Positions 48,306 through 57,753 of a stretch of DNA of 64,000 nucleotides are shown here, one piece after another. The stretch comes from Polyangiaceae bacterium (GTDB taxonomy: Bacteria > Myxococcota_A > Polyangia > Polyangiales > Polyangiaceae). The stretch covers positions 1 to 64,000 of the forward strand of contig JBILLK010000010.1 of assembly GCA_044376115.1 (NCBI GenBank). The letters run 5' to 3'. How positions within the stretch are numbered: the stretch's first letter is position 1; each line of letters starts with the position of its first letter. Both the position numbers and the translations under genes were made by a program. A model generated the notes under the pieces. It was not told the DNA's origin. It made no database searches and was given only the letters and a program-made list of their open reading frames with translations.

Positions 48306-49745
48306 ATGCGCGCGCTCTCGTGGCAAGACCTAACCCAGCGACTCGGGCTCAATCTTCCGTTCTTCATGGTGCACGACATCGGAATGTTGTTCGCGGCTCC
48401 CCGCGAGCAATACGTGATCGGCGCACGCGCCGATTTGCGGCAGGTCCTTGGCGACCGTGAAGCACGACAGCTGACCAGCGCCACCGAGCTCTACGCGAAG
48501 CTGCTGGAAGAGCTCACGGACGCTGAAGCGGTGCGTCGAGCGCGACAGCTCCGGCTCGGAGACGATCTGATCGCGACAGTGCTCGCTCGCCTATTGGGGG
48601 TGGTTTCGGCGAGGCTCTCGACCCGAGCCAGCTACCCGACGGCCGTCCCCTTCGATCCAAACCTGTTCGAACGAATCGAGCCGCAGCTCACGTCGTTGCT
48701 CTCGGCGGCAGACCGCACGTTCGAGAAGAACGCGCTCGAGACGCTCGCGTCGGTGCGCCTTTTCGTGCTCACCCTGGCCGACGCCATCGACACCGACACG
48801 CTGACGTTGCTGGGGCTACTCGGGTCGGACACCGGTGAAGGAGCGATGGCGCAGGTTGATTTGCTGAGCGCCTTCCAAAGCCCCGAGGCCAACGACATCG
48901 TGAATTTCTCGCTCGAGATCCTGCCCAGCGTGCTCGAGTCGAGGCCGCGTCCGGCCGCAGGAACCACCGCATCTTTCGGCTACAGCGGGATCGGTACGCG
49001 CGGGTCGATCGACAGCATGGTGCTCTCCGAGTTGGCCTGGGATAACCAAGAGCTCGCCCGCCGAATCGCAGACAACGAGCTGCTCTATTACGCACGTGAA
49101 CAAAGCCAAGAGGAACAGCGCCGCGTTCACTACCTGCTCGTGGATGCCTCCGCGTCGATGCGAGGAGACCGCCAAACCTTCGCGCGCGGCGTCGCGCTAG
49201 CCACCGGTAAGAAGCTGCTGCTCGAGGGGGAAGAGGTCGTGTACCGCTTCTTCGACTCCCGCCTATACGAACCTGCGCGCTCCAAAAACGGCCAACTACC
49301 GACAGCGTTCTTGTTGGCGTTCAAAGGCGAGCGCGGCCGCAACCCAGCACGGGTCTTTTCGCAGCTCGCCTCGGATCTCGAGCTACAGCGCAGCCGGGAT
49401 TCACGCAGCATCCTGGTGCACATCTTCACGCACGCTGCGCTCTACATCCCCCGCGAGCTGGTGCAACGCCTGAGGCAATCGGCGAACGTAGCGGCGGTCT
49501 TCATTCTGCCCTCCGGCGGTACGCTGGACTTGGCGTACCTCGACGTGCTGGACGCACACTGGGTCGTGGACCACGAGACCCTGTCCAAGAAGGAGGCCCG
49601 CAACAAGGCTGCACGGTCCATCCTCGGGGAGGCGGAGTCCCTACGTCGCGATCTCGACAAGCACGCAGCCGAAGGGCCCGTAAGTCAGCGCCGCGGCAGT
49701 GACACCCAAGGTCCGGAGAGCGCTCCAATGAGCAGGCGCTCGTGA
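48306..49745 (+). CDS. vWA-domain protein (MoxR-partner type)
   Basis: MIDAS LVDASASM; preceding GYSGIGTRGSIDSMVLSELAWD...ELLYYARE segment. Confidence 0.75.
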   Translation: MRALSWQDLTQRLGLNLPFFMVHDIGMLFAAPREQYVIGARADLRQVLGDREARQLTSATELYAKLLEELTDAEAVRRARQLRLGDDLIATVLARLLGVVSARLSTRASYPTAVPFDPNLFERIEPQLTSLLSAADRTFEKNALETLASVRLFVLTLADAIDTDTLTLLGLLGSDTGEGAMAQVDLLSAFQSPEANDIVNFSLEILPSVLESRPRPAAGTTASFGYSGIGTRGSIDSMVLSELAWDNQELARRIADNELLYYAREQSQEEQRRVHYLLVDASASMRGDRQTFARGVALATGKKLLLEGEEVVYRFFDSRLYEPARSKNGQLPTAFLLAFKGERGRNPARVFSQLASDLELQRSRDSRSILVHIFTHAALYIPRELVQRLRQSANVAAVFILPSGGTLDLAYLDVLDAHWVVDHETLSKKEARNKAARSILGEAESLRRDLDKHAAEGPVSQRRGSDTQGPESAPMSRRS

Positions 49746-51550
49746 ACTACGACGACGGCAATCAGCGCGCACAACTGCTGCGCACTCTCGGCCAGACGCT
49801 GCGTGACGACGACTACGCGATGGTCGTTCAAGAGATGCGCAAGCTGCTGCAAGGCTCGGGGGACGTGCGCGGGATGGCCACGCTGGATTGGTACCTCGAC
49901 CCGAACCGCGTCCCCAAGGACCTACTGGCCCGCCTGCCGGTTCGAGATCGCGCGAGGACCTCGCTTGCGCTTGCTGAGCGTGCCGAGCGCGAACGCGATG
50001 CAAACCGCGCACAGCGTCACTTCGCTGAGGCCGCCACGCTTTATGAGAACGCAGGCTTCATCGCGCGCGCAGCGATCTGTCGCGAGAAGGCGAACGACCC
50101 GGCACAGGCGGGAGTGCTCTACTCGCGACTCTCGCAGGTTCTACTCGGCTCGGAGTCGGAGTCCTACGCCGCAGCCCTCGCGCGCTTCAATGTCGCGCGG
50201 ATGCTCAAGTTGACTGGGCAGACCGCGAGTGCGCGCGAAGCCTTGGTATCCGCGGTGCACTTGCTCGAACAAGCAGCGGACACCTTCGAGACGATCGGCC
50301 AGCGCGAGCGGGCCTTCGACTGTTTTCAGGTGCTGATCGCCGTCGGCAAAGAGAGCAAAGAGTTCGAGCATGTGCTCGAGGGCTATGTGAACGTCATCCG
50401 GATCTTGCGCGAAGACAACCTCCGCCACTACGCCATTCAGTCGTACGAAGAGGTTGTCCAAGCAGCAGAGAAGCAAGGCGAGCTAGCGGCCGCCGCCACG
50501 CTTGCTCGTGAGATGGCGACGTATGCACGCACCCAAGGGCTGGCGAACGTCGCCAATCAGGCGGTGCTCAATCAAGCCAAGTTGTGGCAAGACGTCGCTT
50601 CCACCAGCATCTCCCGCGGCTCACCACCGGAGATCGCCGAGAACGCTCTGCTAGCGGCTGTGCTCGCCTTCGGCGAGGCTGGGCAGTTTGGCAGGGTCGG
50701 TCTCTTGTACCGCCAGCTCGCGACCTTGGAGCTGAGCGAGGCCCGCCGCGGTCACTACGCGCGTGCTCAAATGCGCTACGGAACGGCCACGGATCTGGCG
50801 ATCGACGCTTCCCCGCTGCCAACCCATCTCCGTCACGAAGTAGGATTTCCCGAGGTTTGGCACGTTGATCTGGTGGAGTGGGAACAACGCGGGAGCGCAA
50901 CCGAAGCTTGCGCCGACGTCGTACTGGATCCTGCTTGGGGAGACGCGAGCCGACGAAAGGCGCTGTGTGCAAGGTTGGTAGCCATTGGTGTCGATGGCCA
51001 TGAGGAAGCGCGTCAACAGCCACCGTCTGCGCTGCTCAGCCATGTGGCTGGTCTGCTCGGGGAGATCCGCCTTTACTCAATCTTGGCCCCGCTCGAAGCG
51101 CTAGCGCGTCACCAAGATCCAGCCGTGCGCGTCTCGGCGATGCGGGCACTGGCGCAGTTTCTGTTCAAGCGCACCTTCATCGCCGTTCGTGACGGCCTCG
51201 CCGATAGCAACGACCACGTGGTCAACGAGGCAGCACGGACGCTCGAGGTCTTGCACTTCGCCCCGGCGCTCGATCCGCTGGTTCGCATCTTCCAAGAGTC
51301 CTCCGACGCACGAGCTCGCCAAGGAGCCTTGCGTGCCTTGGTTCGAATCGATTCGGCCGAGGCGGCTTCCTTCTTGCTGGACGTGCTGGCGCATGAACGA
51401 AACGTCGAGCGTAGAATCGCCGTGGAAGCCTTGAAGACCGCCAGCGGCTCTCGGTTCATCGATGCTGCGCGGCAACGCTTCCCACGGATGACCGACGACG
51501 AAAAAAACACCTTGCGTGAAGTGTTCCGCGCGCGCGGTATTCCGCTCTAA
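49742..51550 (+). CDS. TPR/SNAP-like and HEAT-repeat protein
   Basis: Helical repeats (AATLYENAG, AADTFETIG) then HEAT repeats (DPAVRVSAMRALAQ); GTGA overlap with vWA gene. Confidence 0.75.
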   Translation: MNYDDGNQRAQLLRTLGQTLRDDDYAMVVQEMRKLLQGSGDVRGMATLDWYLDPNRVPKDLLARLPVRDRARTSLALAERAERERDANRAQRHFAEAATLYENAGFIARAAICREKANDPAQAGVLYSRLSQVLLGSESESYAAALARFNVARMLKLTGQTASAREALVSAVHLLEQAADTFETIGQRERAFDCFQVLIAVGKESKEFEHVLEGYVNVIRILREDNLRHYAIQSYEEVVQAAEKQGELAAAATLAREMATYARTQGLANVANQAVLNQAKLWQDVASTSISRGSPPEIAENALLAAVLAFGEAGQFGRVGLLYRQLATLELSEARRGHYARAQMRYGTATDLAIDASPLPTHLRHEVGFPEVWHVDLVEWEQRGSATEACADVVLDPAWGDASRRKALCARLVAIGVDGHEEARQQPPSALLSHVAGLLGEIRLYSILAPLEALARHQDPAVRVSAMRALAQFLFKRTFIAVRDGLADSNDHVVNEAARTLEVLHFAPALDPLVRIFQESSDARARQGALRALVRIDSAEAASFLLDVLAHERNVERRIAVEALKTASGSRFIDAARQRFPRMTDDEKNTLREVFRARGIPL

Positions 51551-51591
51551 TTTGGGTTGCTAGCGAGCGCACAGTCCTGGACCATCGCGTC

Positions 51592-52896
51592 GTGACCATC
51601 ATCAAGAGTTTCGACGTCTCCATTCCTGTCCGCAGACTGCCACCGTTGACCGCTGAGGCGCTCACGCGCGAGTTGGTTGAACTTGGGCTGCAAGTGGTTC
51701 TGCCAGACCAGCTGCGGATCGACGAAGAGCTGCGTTACACGCCGATCCGCATCCTACTGAAGGATGGTCGCGAGATTCGTACCGGGCTGGCCTTGACCTG
51801 GGCCTCGCCGGCCAGCGAGGACGAAGACGAGGACGAACAAGCTGATGAGCTCGAAGAGAATGAAGAGCTCGACGAGGAAGCATCGGACGACGAAGAGGAA
51901 GAGGATGAGGTCGCGAGCGAAGACGAACTAAACGAAGAAGAGCTCGACGACGAGGACGAGGACGAGGACGAAGACGACGAGGACGACGACTCCGATCTGG
52001 ACGACGACGACGAGGACGAAGACGACGAGGACGACGACTCCGATCTGGACGAGGAGGACGAGGGCGCCGACGCTGAGGACGACGCCGATGAAACCCCGAC
52101 CATCGACGGAGAAATTGGAGCGGTCCAGCTTTGGGCCAAGAACGCTCCTCAGCCCACCGACGAGAATGAGGTGCTCGTGGCGCTTTACTTCGCGGCCGCG
52201 ATTGCCCGCTTGGGGGACGGCGAGGTTGTCGTTCACGACTGGGACGGCGGGCCTCGCTCCGCGCAGGAGATCTTGGAGCGGATCGACGGTGAATTCGACG
52301 CTTCGACGCCCGCCTGGAGCGAGTATCCCTACGACTTGTTCTTGGCGGCTGAAGACGGAGATGCCGCCGCGGTCGGACAGGCGCTCGCCGCAGGCGCTGC
52401 AGTCGACGCAATGAACAACCAAGGTGTCACGCCGCTGATGTTGGCGCTCGCCAACGACCGGCCAGCCGCCAGCTGGGAGCTCTTGCGGAACGGCGCCAAT
52501 CCGCGCGCGGTCAACTACTTTGGCAAAGCGGCGGTGGAGTACGCCGATTCGTGCAGCGACGATTGGCTGCGAAGCGAGATTGAACGGCGCGCGACGTTTC
52601 CGCATCACGAGCTGTTCGAGCTGATCGCAGAAGGCGACTCGAACGGCGTGCTCGCCGCGCTCTCGGCGGGCGCCCCCGTGGACGCTGCGACACCTGAAGG
52701 CTTTACCTTGCTGATGGCGGCGGTCAGGGCGGAGGACGAGAACCTGGTGGACGCGCTGTTGCGTCGCGGCGCAGAGGTGAACCGACTCACGTCGAGCGGG
52801 GTTTCAGCGTTGGACGTCGTTCACGCTGTCGACAATGTCGGCCTCAAAAGAATGCTGTTGGCACACGGAGCGGTCAGCGGACACCCTTCGCGCTGA
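51592..52896 (+). CDS. Ankyrin-repeat protein with long acidic tract
   Basis: GVTPLMLA, GFTLLMAA, GVSALD; ~90-aa Asp/Glu run. Confidence 0.85.
   Translation: MTIIKSFDVSIPVRRLPPLTAEALTRELVELGLQVVLPDQLRIDEELRYTPIRILLKDGREIRTGLALTWASPASEDEDEDEQADELEENEELDEEASDDEEEEDEVASEDELNEEELDDEDEDEDEDDEDDDSDLDDDDEDEDDEDDDSDLDEEDEGADAEDDADETPTIDGEIGAVQLWAKNAPQPTDENEVLVALYFAAAIARLGDGEVVVHDWDGGPRSAQEILERIDGEFDASTPAWSEYPYDLFLAAEDGDAAAVGQALAAGAAVDAMNNQGVTPLMLALANDRPAASWELLRNGANPRAVNYFGKAAVEYADSCSDDWLRSEIERRATFPHHELFELIAEGDSNGVLAALSAGAPVDAATPEGFTLLMAAVRAEDENLVDALLRRGAEVNRLTSSGVSALDVVHAVDNVGLKRMLLAHGAVSGHPSR
51817..52092 (+). repeat. Acidic low-complexity coding tract with exact 42-bp duplication
   Basis: Unit at 51961-52002 repeated at 52009-52050 (DEDEDDEDDDSDLD). 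Confidence 0.85.
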
Positions 52897-52960
52897 CGGT
52901 CGCAGAGCCTGCGCGAGGCATTCTGTTGCTCCGTGGGCCTGCGGTTGTTAAGAGCGCGGG

Positions 52961-54055
52961 ATGACGCTCGAGATCTTCAAGAAGCAACCTCTCGGCGGCG
53001 TGGACCGCCGAGCAATGGTCGGCGCACTCGCGGAGCATGGCACGCGCGTAGCCGTTGAATCCTTGTCCGCCGATCGCAAGCTGGTGACGCCTGCTGCGGG
53101 TGGTCTGGCCAAGGACGCGGTGGTCCTCATCCTCGGGGGTTCCAACGGCATCACCCGCGGCTTGGCCGTTCAGCTGGTCTTCGGGGAGAAGGCCGCCATC
53201 TGCTGTGTTCACCTCGACAGCGAGAAGATGCAGATTGGGCCGCACCACACCAAGGTGCTCGCCGCCGAGGCGGAAAAGAGCGGCGTCTTCGCCAAGTTCT
53301 TCAACGAGGACGCAACCAAGCCGGACACCGTGAAGATGGTGGTCGAGGCGCTCAAGGGCCAGTTCCGCGTCGTGCACCTGATCAACGGGATCGCCGCCGG
53401 CGCAACCAAACGCTACGAAGAGCACGGACCCACGCAAGTGAAAGACGTGGACGTCGCCTTCGACACCGTTCTGCAAACGCCCGACTTCAGCAAGCGCGAG
53501 AACATCCGCAAAGTGGGCCTCGTCGAGGTTGAAGTAGCAACCGCCGTGGACATCGAGCGGACCAACAAATTCATGGGCACCTCCTCGCTGTTGTGGGCGG
53601 AAGCGTTAGCGGAAGCCGGGCTGCTCGTGCGTGACGAGAGCATCGTTTCGTTCTGCGACTACGACTACCCGCCCGATGATCCGGTCTACGCGATGGGGCC
53701 GCTCGCCGGCGCGAAGAAGCTGCAGCGCGAAACGATGAAAGAGATTCGTGAGCGCTTCGGAGCGAAGACGATGCGCCTCTGTTACCCAGCCGTTGCGACC
53801 ACCGCGCTAGGTGCGATCCCCGGCGGACTCTTGATGTTCGGGATGACGGCCGAAATTCTGCTCGAGCGCGGCAAGTTCAAAGGCATCCCCGCCTTGTCTT
53901 CGGAGGTGATGTCGATGTGGGCCAGCAAGGAGCAACACAGTGAGTTGCGCTTGGACGCCGACTATCAGGAAACGTTGCCCGAGTTTTATCGTCGACGTGA
54001 CGCTCTCTCACCAGACACTCTCGCGACAGCCTTTTCGCTGCTGACCAACGGTTGA
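52961..54055 (+). CDS. FabV/trans-2-enoyl-CoA reductase-like protein
   Basis: ILGGSNG, IERTNKFMG, Y-X8-K (YAMGPLAGAK), LRLDADY. Confidence 0.7.
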   Translation: MTLEIFKKQPLGGVDRRAMVGALAEHGTRVAVESLSADRKLVTPAAGGLAKDAVVLILGGSNGITRGLAVQLVFGEKAAICCVHLDSEKMQIGPHHTKVLAAEAEKSGVFAKFFNEDATKPDTVKMVVEALKGQFRVVHLINGIAAGATKRYEEHGPTQVKDVDVAFDTVLQTPDFSKRENIRKVGLVEVEVATAVDIERTNKFMGTSSLLWAEALAEAGLLVRDESIVSFCDYDYPPDDPVYAMGPLAGAKKLQRETMKEIRERFGAKTMRLCYPAVATTALGAIPGGLLMFGMTAEILLERGKFKGIPALSSEVMSMWASKEQHSELRLDADYQETLPEFYRRRDALSPDTLATAFSLLTNG

Positions 54056-54280
54056 CAAGGCGTCGCAAGAAAACTTGCGCCTACGCCGGCGGATGTGATT
54101 TGTTGCGGGCCGTTGGTCGGGGTGCGTGGCTGCGTTTTGTAATCGCCAGCCAACCGTCACAAGATCGCCCTCGACGGCCTTGGTTTTTTGGCACAGGCTA
54201 TGGCTTGTAACTTGGTTGTCTCCGCAGCGTCAAAAGCGCGCGGGGAAGTCGGGCTCCCCGGGGAGCTTCTTGGAGGACTC

Positions 54281-54733
54281 ATGAACGTTAAGCTTTTCGG
54301 TGTGTTGGTTTCGGTTTTCGCACTCGCAGCCTGTGGTGACAGCGGCAGCAGCAGCGGTGGCAGCAACAGCGGCGGCGGCGGCAGCACCACCGACGGCGGC
54401 GGCGGCAGCACCACCGACGGCGGCGGCGGCAGCACCACCGACGGCGGCGGCGGCAGCACCACCGACGGCGGCGGCGGAGCTGGTGGCGGAAACCCCGAGT
54501 GCCCCGGAGCCTGCGCGGCCCTCTACGACTGCGGCGTCGAGGACATGAACTGCATGTTCACCGGTGACCAGGCCGAGAAGGATGCCTTCATCGAGGGTTG
54601 CATCCCCGGCTGCAATGAAAACGCAGTGCTCATCGCTGTGATCGATCCGGCCAACTGCGCGGGAACGATCGCCACGGTCAAGGGCGCCAGCGAAGACTTC
54701 GCTGCCTCTTGCGACAACGGCATCGGCAACTGA
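54281..54733 (+). CDS. Small Cys-rich lipoprotein with GGGGSTTD repeats
   Basis: GGAGG RBS, LAAC lipobox, eight-Cys C-terminal domain. Confidence 0.85.
   Translation: MNVKLFGVLVSVFALAACGDSGSSSGGSNSGGGGSTTDGGGGSTTDGGGGSTTDGGGGSTTDGGGGAGGGNPECPGACAALYDCGVEDMNCMFTGDQAEKDAFIEGCIPGCNENAVLIAVIDPANCAGTIATVKGASEDFAASCDNGIGN
54371..54466 (+). repeat. 24-bp perfect tandem repeat x4
   Basis: GGCGGCGGCGGCAGCACCACCGAC x4. Confidence 0.92.
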
Positions 54734-54763
54734 GCTAGCACCGAGCGAGCTTCCGTCTCGTTC

Positions 54764-54804
54764 GCAAACGCGAGCAACCGCAAGGTTGTTCGCGTTTTGC
54801 TTTT
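54764..54804 (+). terminator. Intrinsic terminator
   Basis: GCAAACGCGAGCAACC-GCAA-GGTTGTTCGCGTTTTGC followed by TTTT. Confidence 0.75.
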
Positions 54805-54871
54805 CAGAGCCGCAGGTCCAATTGAACCTTCGACTTGGCAGGAGTCAGCAAACTGAGGCAAAGAGGACGGC

Positions 54872-55636
54872 ATGCGCGCGATCATCATCGGAGCCGGACG
54901 CGGCAGCCGACTCGAGAATCTGACAGACGACGTTCCGAAGACGTTGGTCGAGGTCATGGGACGCCCCATGCTCGATCAAATCTTGGAGGCCCTGCAAAAC
55001 GCCGGCTTTGCACGAAAGGACATCGTCTTTGTCTGCGGCTACAAGCAAGAGGTGGTTCGGGAGCGGTACCCCGAGTTCACCTTCGTCGAGAACCGCGACT
55101 GGGAGTCCAACAACATCTTGCTCTCGCTGATGCACGCGCGTGAGCACTTCGCGGGCGGCTTCGTCGCCAGCTATGCAGACATCGTCTACAGCGGCGACAT
55201 CGCCAAGCGGGTCACTGAGTCGGCGCACGAGATCGCGCTCGGCTGCGACACCGATTGGCGTCGTCGTTACGTTCGGCGCACCCACCACCCCGAAACCGAC
55301 GCAGAGAAGCTCACGGCCGATGGCGAACGTGTCACTCGGCTCTCGCGCAAGATCGTCAGTGAAGAGGCGGCCGGAGAGTTCATCGGCGTGATGAAGGTCG
55401 GCAAGAGCGCCGTTCCGCAGCTGCTCCGCGAGTTTGATGCGTTGGCTGCGCAATATGACGGCAAACAATTCCGTGAGGGGCGCAGCTTCCAAAAAGCCTA
55501 CCTGCTCGACTTCCTGCAAGAGCTCGTTGAACGAGGTCACGCCCTGCATCGCGTGGACACGCACGGCGGCTACATGGAGATCGACACCTTGCAGGATCGT
55601 GCGTTCGCCGCGGATTGGTGGGCGGGCCGGAGCTAG
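54872..55636 (+). CDS. Phosphocholine cytidylyltransferase-family nucleotidyltransferase
   Basis: AIIIGAGRGSRL...PKTL, YADIVY, GEFIG, MEIDT. Confidence 0.88.
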   Translation: MRAIIIGAGRGSRLENLTDDVPKTLVEVMGRPMLDQILEALQNAGFARKDIVFVCGYKQEVVRERYPEFTFVENRDWESNNILLSLMHAREHFAGGFVASYADIVYSGDIAKRVTESAHEIALGCDTDWRRRYVRRTHHPETDAEKLTADGERVTRLSRKIVSEEAAGEFIGVMKVGKSAVPQLLREFDALAAQYDGKQFREGRSFQKAYLLDFLQELVERGHALHRVDTHGGYMEIDTLQDRAFAADWWAGRS

Positions 55637-55663
55637 GCAAGCAGCGCGCGAAGCCGCGCACGC

Positions 55664-56386
55664 TCAGCTGCCGAACTCGTCGTCCTCTTCTTCTTCATCG
55701 TCGTATGGGCCAACCGGCGGCTCTGGCAGCTTGGCCGCGCGGCTGACTCCGCGGAACACGTAGTCCGCGTAGGCGTACGGCGTCTCCGACCAAACCATCA
55801 AATCGGCGCCCAGGATGCCCATCGGTGCGCCGTCACAAAGCTCCACCACCGAGAGAGCGGGCAACTCCATGCACAGCGGCTCGGAGGCATTTACCTCCTC
55901 GCCAGAGTCTTCGAGCGCGGCCAAGACGCCCGCATGAGACTCGACATCAAGCTCATCCACCGGCAGCAGCGTCCAATCGCACAGCAAGAGCTCAGGAAAG
56001 GGCGGTGACTCAGGATCGCTCTCGAACGGTGCGTGCTCGGCTATCGGCAGCCCCGCTGATTGGAGCGCGACCACCAGCTTGCGTCGGCGCTCAATCGCCT
56101 CGTCCGACGGGCTCCAGAAGGCTGTGAGCACCGCCACCACCTCATCGGCCGTGGCCGAACGCCACAGTCGTGGATCACGGGATCCAAGCTCGAGCCCCTC
56201 TTCTATTCGGCGTTTCTCGAACAGAGCACGGGCAGCGTCGAACTCACGCAGATCCGAGAGAGCCTCATCGACCGACCAGTGAATTCGATGGTCAAACTCT
56301 TTTATATAGCGATGTTTGCCGAGAGCGCGCACCAAGCGAGCAACTTCATCGATCATGCGGGCGGCAAACGTCCAAGCGAGCATCAT
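55664..56386 (-). CDS. Hypothetical protein
   Basis: Protein-like composition from MMLAWTF; ATGA overlap with upstream gene. Confidence 0.7.
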   Translation of the reverse strand: MMLAWTFAARMIDEVARLVRALGKHRYIKEFDHRIHWSVDEALSDLREFDAARALFEKRRIEEGLELGSRDPRLWRSATADEVVAVLTAFWSPSDEAIERRRKLVVALQSAGLPIAEHAPFESDPESPPFPELLLCDWTLLPVDELDVESHAGVLAALEDSGEEVNASEPLCMELPALSVVELCDGAPMGILGADLMVWSETPYAYADYVFRGVSRAAKLPEPPVGPYDDEEEEDDEFGS

Positions 56387-56733
56387 GGTAAGCCTCGAAC
56401 TACGCGAAAGGTGCCTTCGAACCAAACAAGTTGTCCATCCGAGCGACGCACGACGCGCGGATAGGCGTAAGCCGACTTCGGCTTGAGGGTTTGCCACTCC
56501 CCTGGCTCCCACGTCCAGCGACGACCGCGGAAGACCCATTGCCCATCGACCCAGACCGGGTTGTCCATTCCCACGGGCGGATCGCCGATGATATCGACGC
56601 GAGCAGGCGGCGGCGGATACGGGACGACCACCGGGGTTGCGCCCTCTTGGGAGGCCACCGGCGGCGTGGGCAACGCTGGGTAACATCCAATCAGGAAGGC
56701 GAAAAAGAGGCTCGCTCTCACGGCTGTACCCAC
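56383..56733 (-). CDS. Small lipoprotein with YXWGXW-like repeats
   Basis: LIGC lipobox; PYPPPPAR, VWVDGQW, WTWEPGEW. Confidence 0.8.
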   Translation of the reverse strand: MGTAVRASLFFAFLIGCYPALPTPPVASQEGATPVVVPYPPPPARVDIIGDPPVGMDNPVWVDGQWVFRGRRWTWEPGEWQTLKPKSAYAYPRVVRRSDGQLVWFEGTFRVVRGLP

Positions 56734-57716
56734 AGGAAAAACGCGTCGCGCAGGGTGTTGCCGAAGAGCAGCAGCTCGAGGCCTGCTAGCCCAATGAACG
56801 GCCCGAACGGCAACGCCGCAAGCATGCCTTCACCCGGCGCTTCAGCGGCCTCATCTTCATCTTTCCACTGCTGCATCGCTTCTTCGCGCTCGTCCTCCGG
56901 AAGCTCCTCGATCTCTTTCAAGATCGCAGCGCGCTCCTCCGCCACGCTCGCCGGCTCCTTCACCTTGCCACCGAGCGCCCAGAACAAGATCAAGAGCACG
57001 GTGCCTTGCACCGCTCCTCCGAGCAGCGCAAATAGAGCTCCCGGCCAGCCAAACCATGCGCCCACGACGCCGAGCAAGACCGAGTCTCCCGAGGCGAAGC
57101 CTGGCCGCCCGCGAAGCAGCTTGTAGATGCCGTTGATCGCGAGACCTGCGCCCAACCCAACGGCGACGCCGATCAAACCATCAACGAAAGACGACTCACG
57201 CAACGAGGCGGTCGCGAGCCCCAACACAGCCAGTGCCGCGTTGGCTTTATCGGGCAACACCGAGAGGTGCTCGAGGTCGATGAAGACCGTTGCAACGAGT
57301 GCCAATGCGAAACAAAGCCCCGCCGAATAGATCGCCAAGGCTCGCCAAATCGAGGTATCCGGATGGGGCAGCGGGAGCACGGTGAGCTCGAGCACCGCCA
57401 ACGACAGGACTCCGCCGATGAGCTCCACCATTGGATAGCGCGGCGACATCTTCGCCCCACAACACGAGGCTCGACCGCGCAGGATCACATACGAGAGCAC
57501 CGGCAGATTGAGCCAGGGCCGAACAGGCTTTGCACACGCCGGACAATGCGAAGGCGGGTACGCCACGCTCATTCCGCGCGGCACACGATAGATGACAACG
57601 TTGAGGAAGCTCCCCCACAAGAGCCCAAACAGGCCGGCGAAGACGCGCAGGAAGGTGGGAGGAAAGTCGAGTAACGTCACGAGCCGTTGCACCGTACCAC
57701 GAGAGATGCTCGGCAT
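56718..57716 (-). CDS. pilD: Type IV prepilin peptidase
   Basis: GSFLNVVIYRVP, SHCPAC, FIDLEH, SGD, LPFGPF; start may be GTG ~57680. Confidence 0.93.
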   Translation of the reverse strand: MPSISRGTVQRLVTLLDFPPTFLRVFAGLFGLLWGSFLNVVIYRVPRGMSVAYPPSHCPACAKPVRPWLNLPVLSYVILRGRASCCGAKMSPRYPMVELIGGVLSLAVLELTVLPLPHPDTSIWRALAIYSAGLCFALALVATVFIDLEHLSVLPDKANAALAVLGLATASLRESSFVDGLIGVAVGLGAGLAINGIYKLLRGRPGFASGDSVLLGVVGAWFGWPGALFALLGGAVQGTVLLILFWALGGKVKEPASVAEERAAILKEIEELPEDEREEAMQQWKDEDEAAEAPGEGMLAALPFGPFIGLAGLELLLFGNTLRDAFFLWVQP

Positions 57717-57753
57717 TGACCCGCTAGAACCGGTCTGTCATAGCCAAGCGCAC

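Noticed and set aside
51735..52139. Poly-Ser ORF on the minus strand
   Set aside because: Antisense shadow of the Asp/Glu tract; the same applies to the Leu-rich 36736..37584 ORF opposite the Gln/Ala repeat.
54189..54206. sigma54 promoter at TGGCACAGGCTATGGC
   Set aside because: The -12 GC is one base off the required GG-N10-GC spacing.
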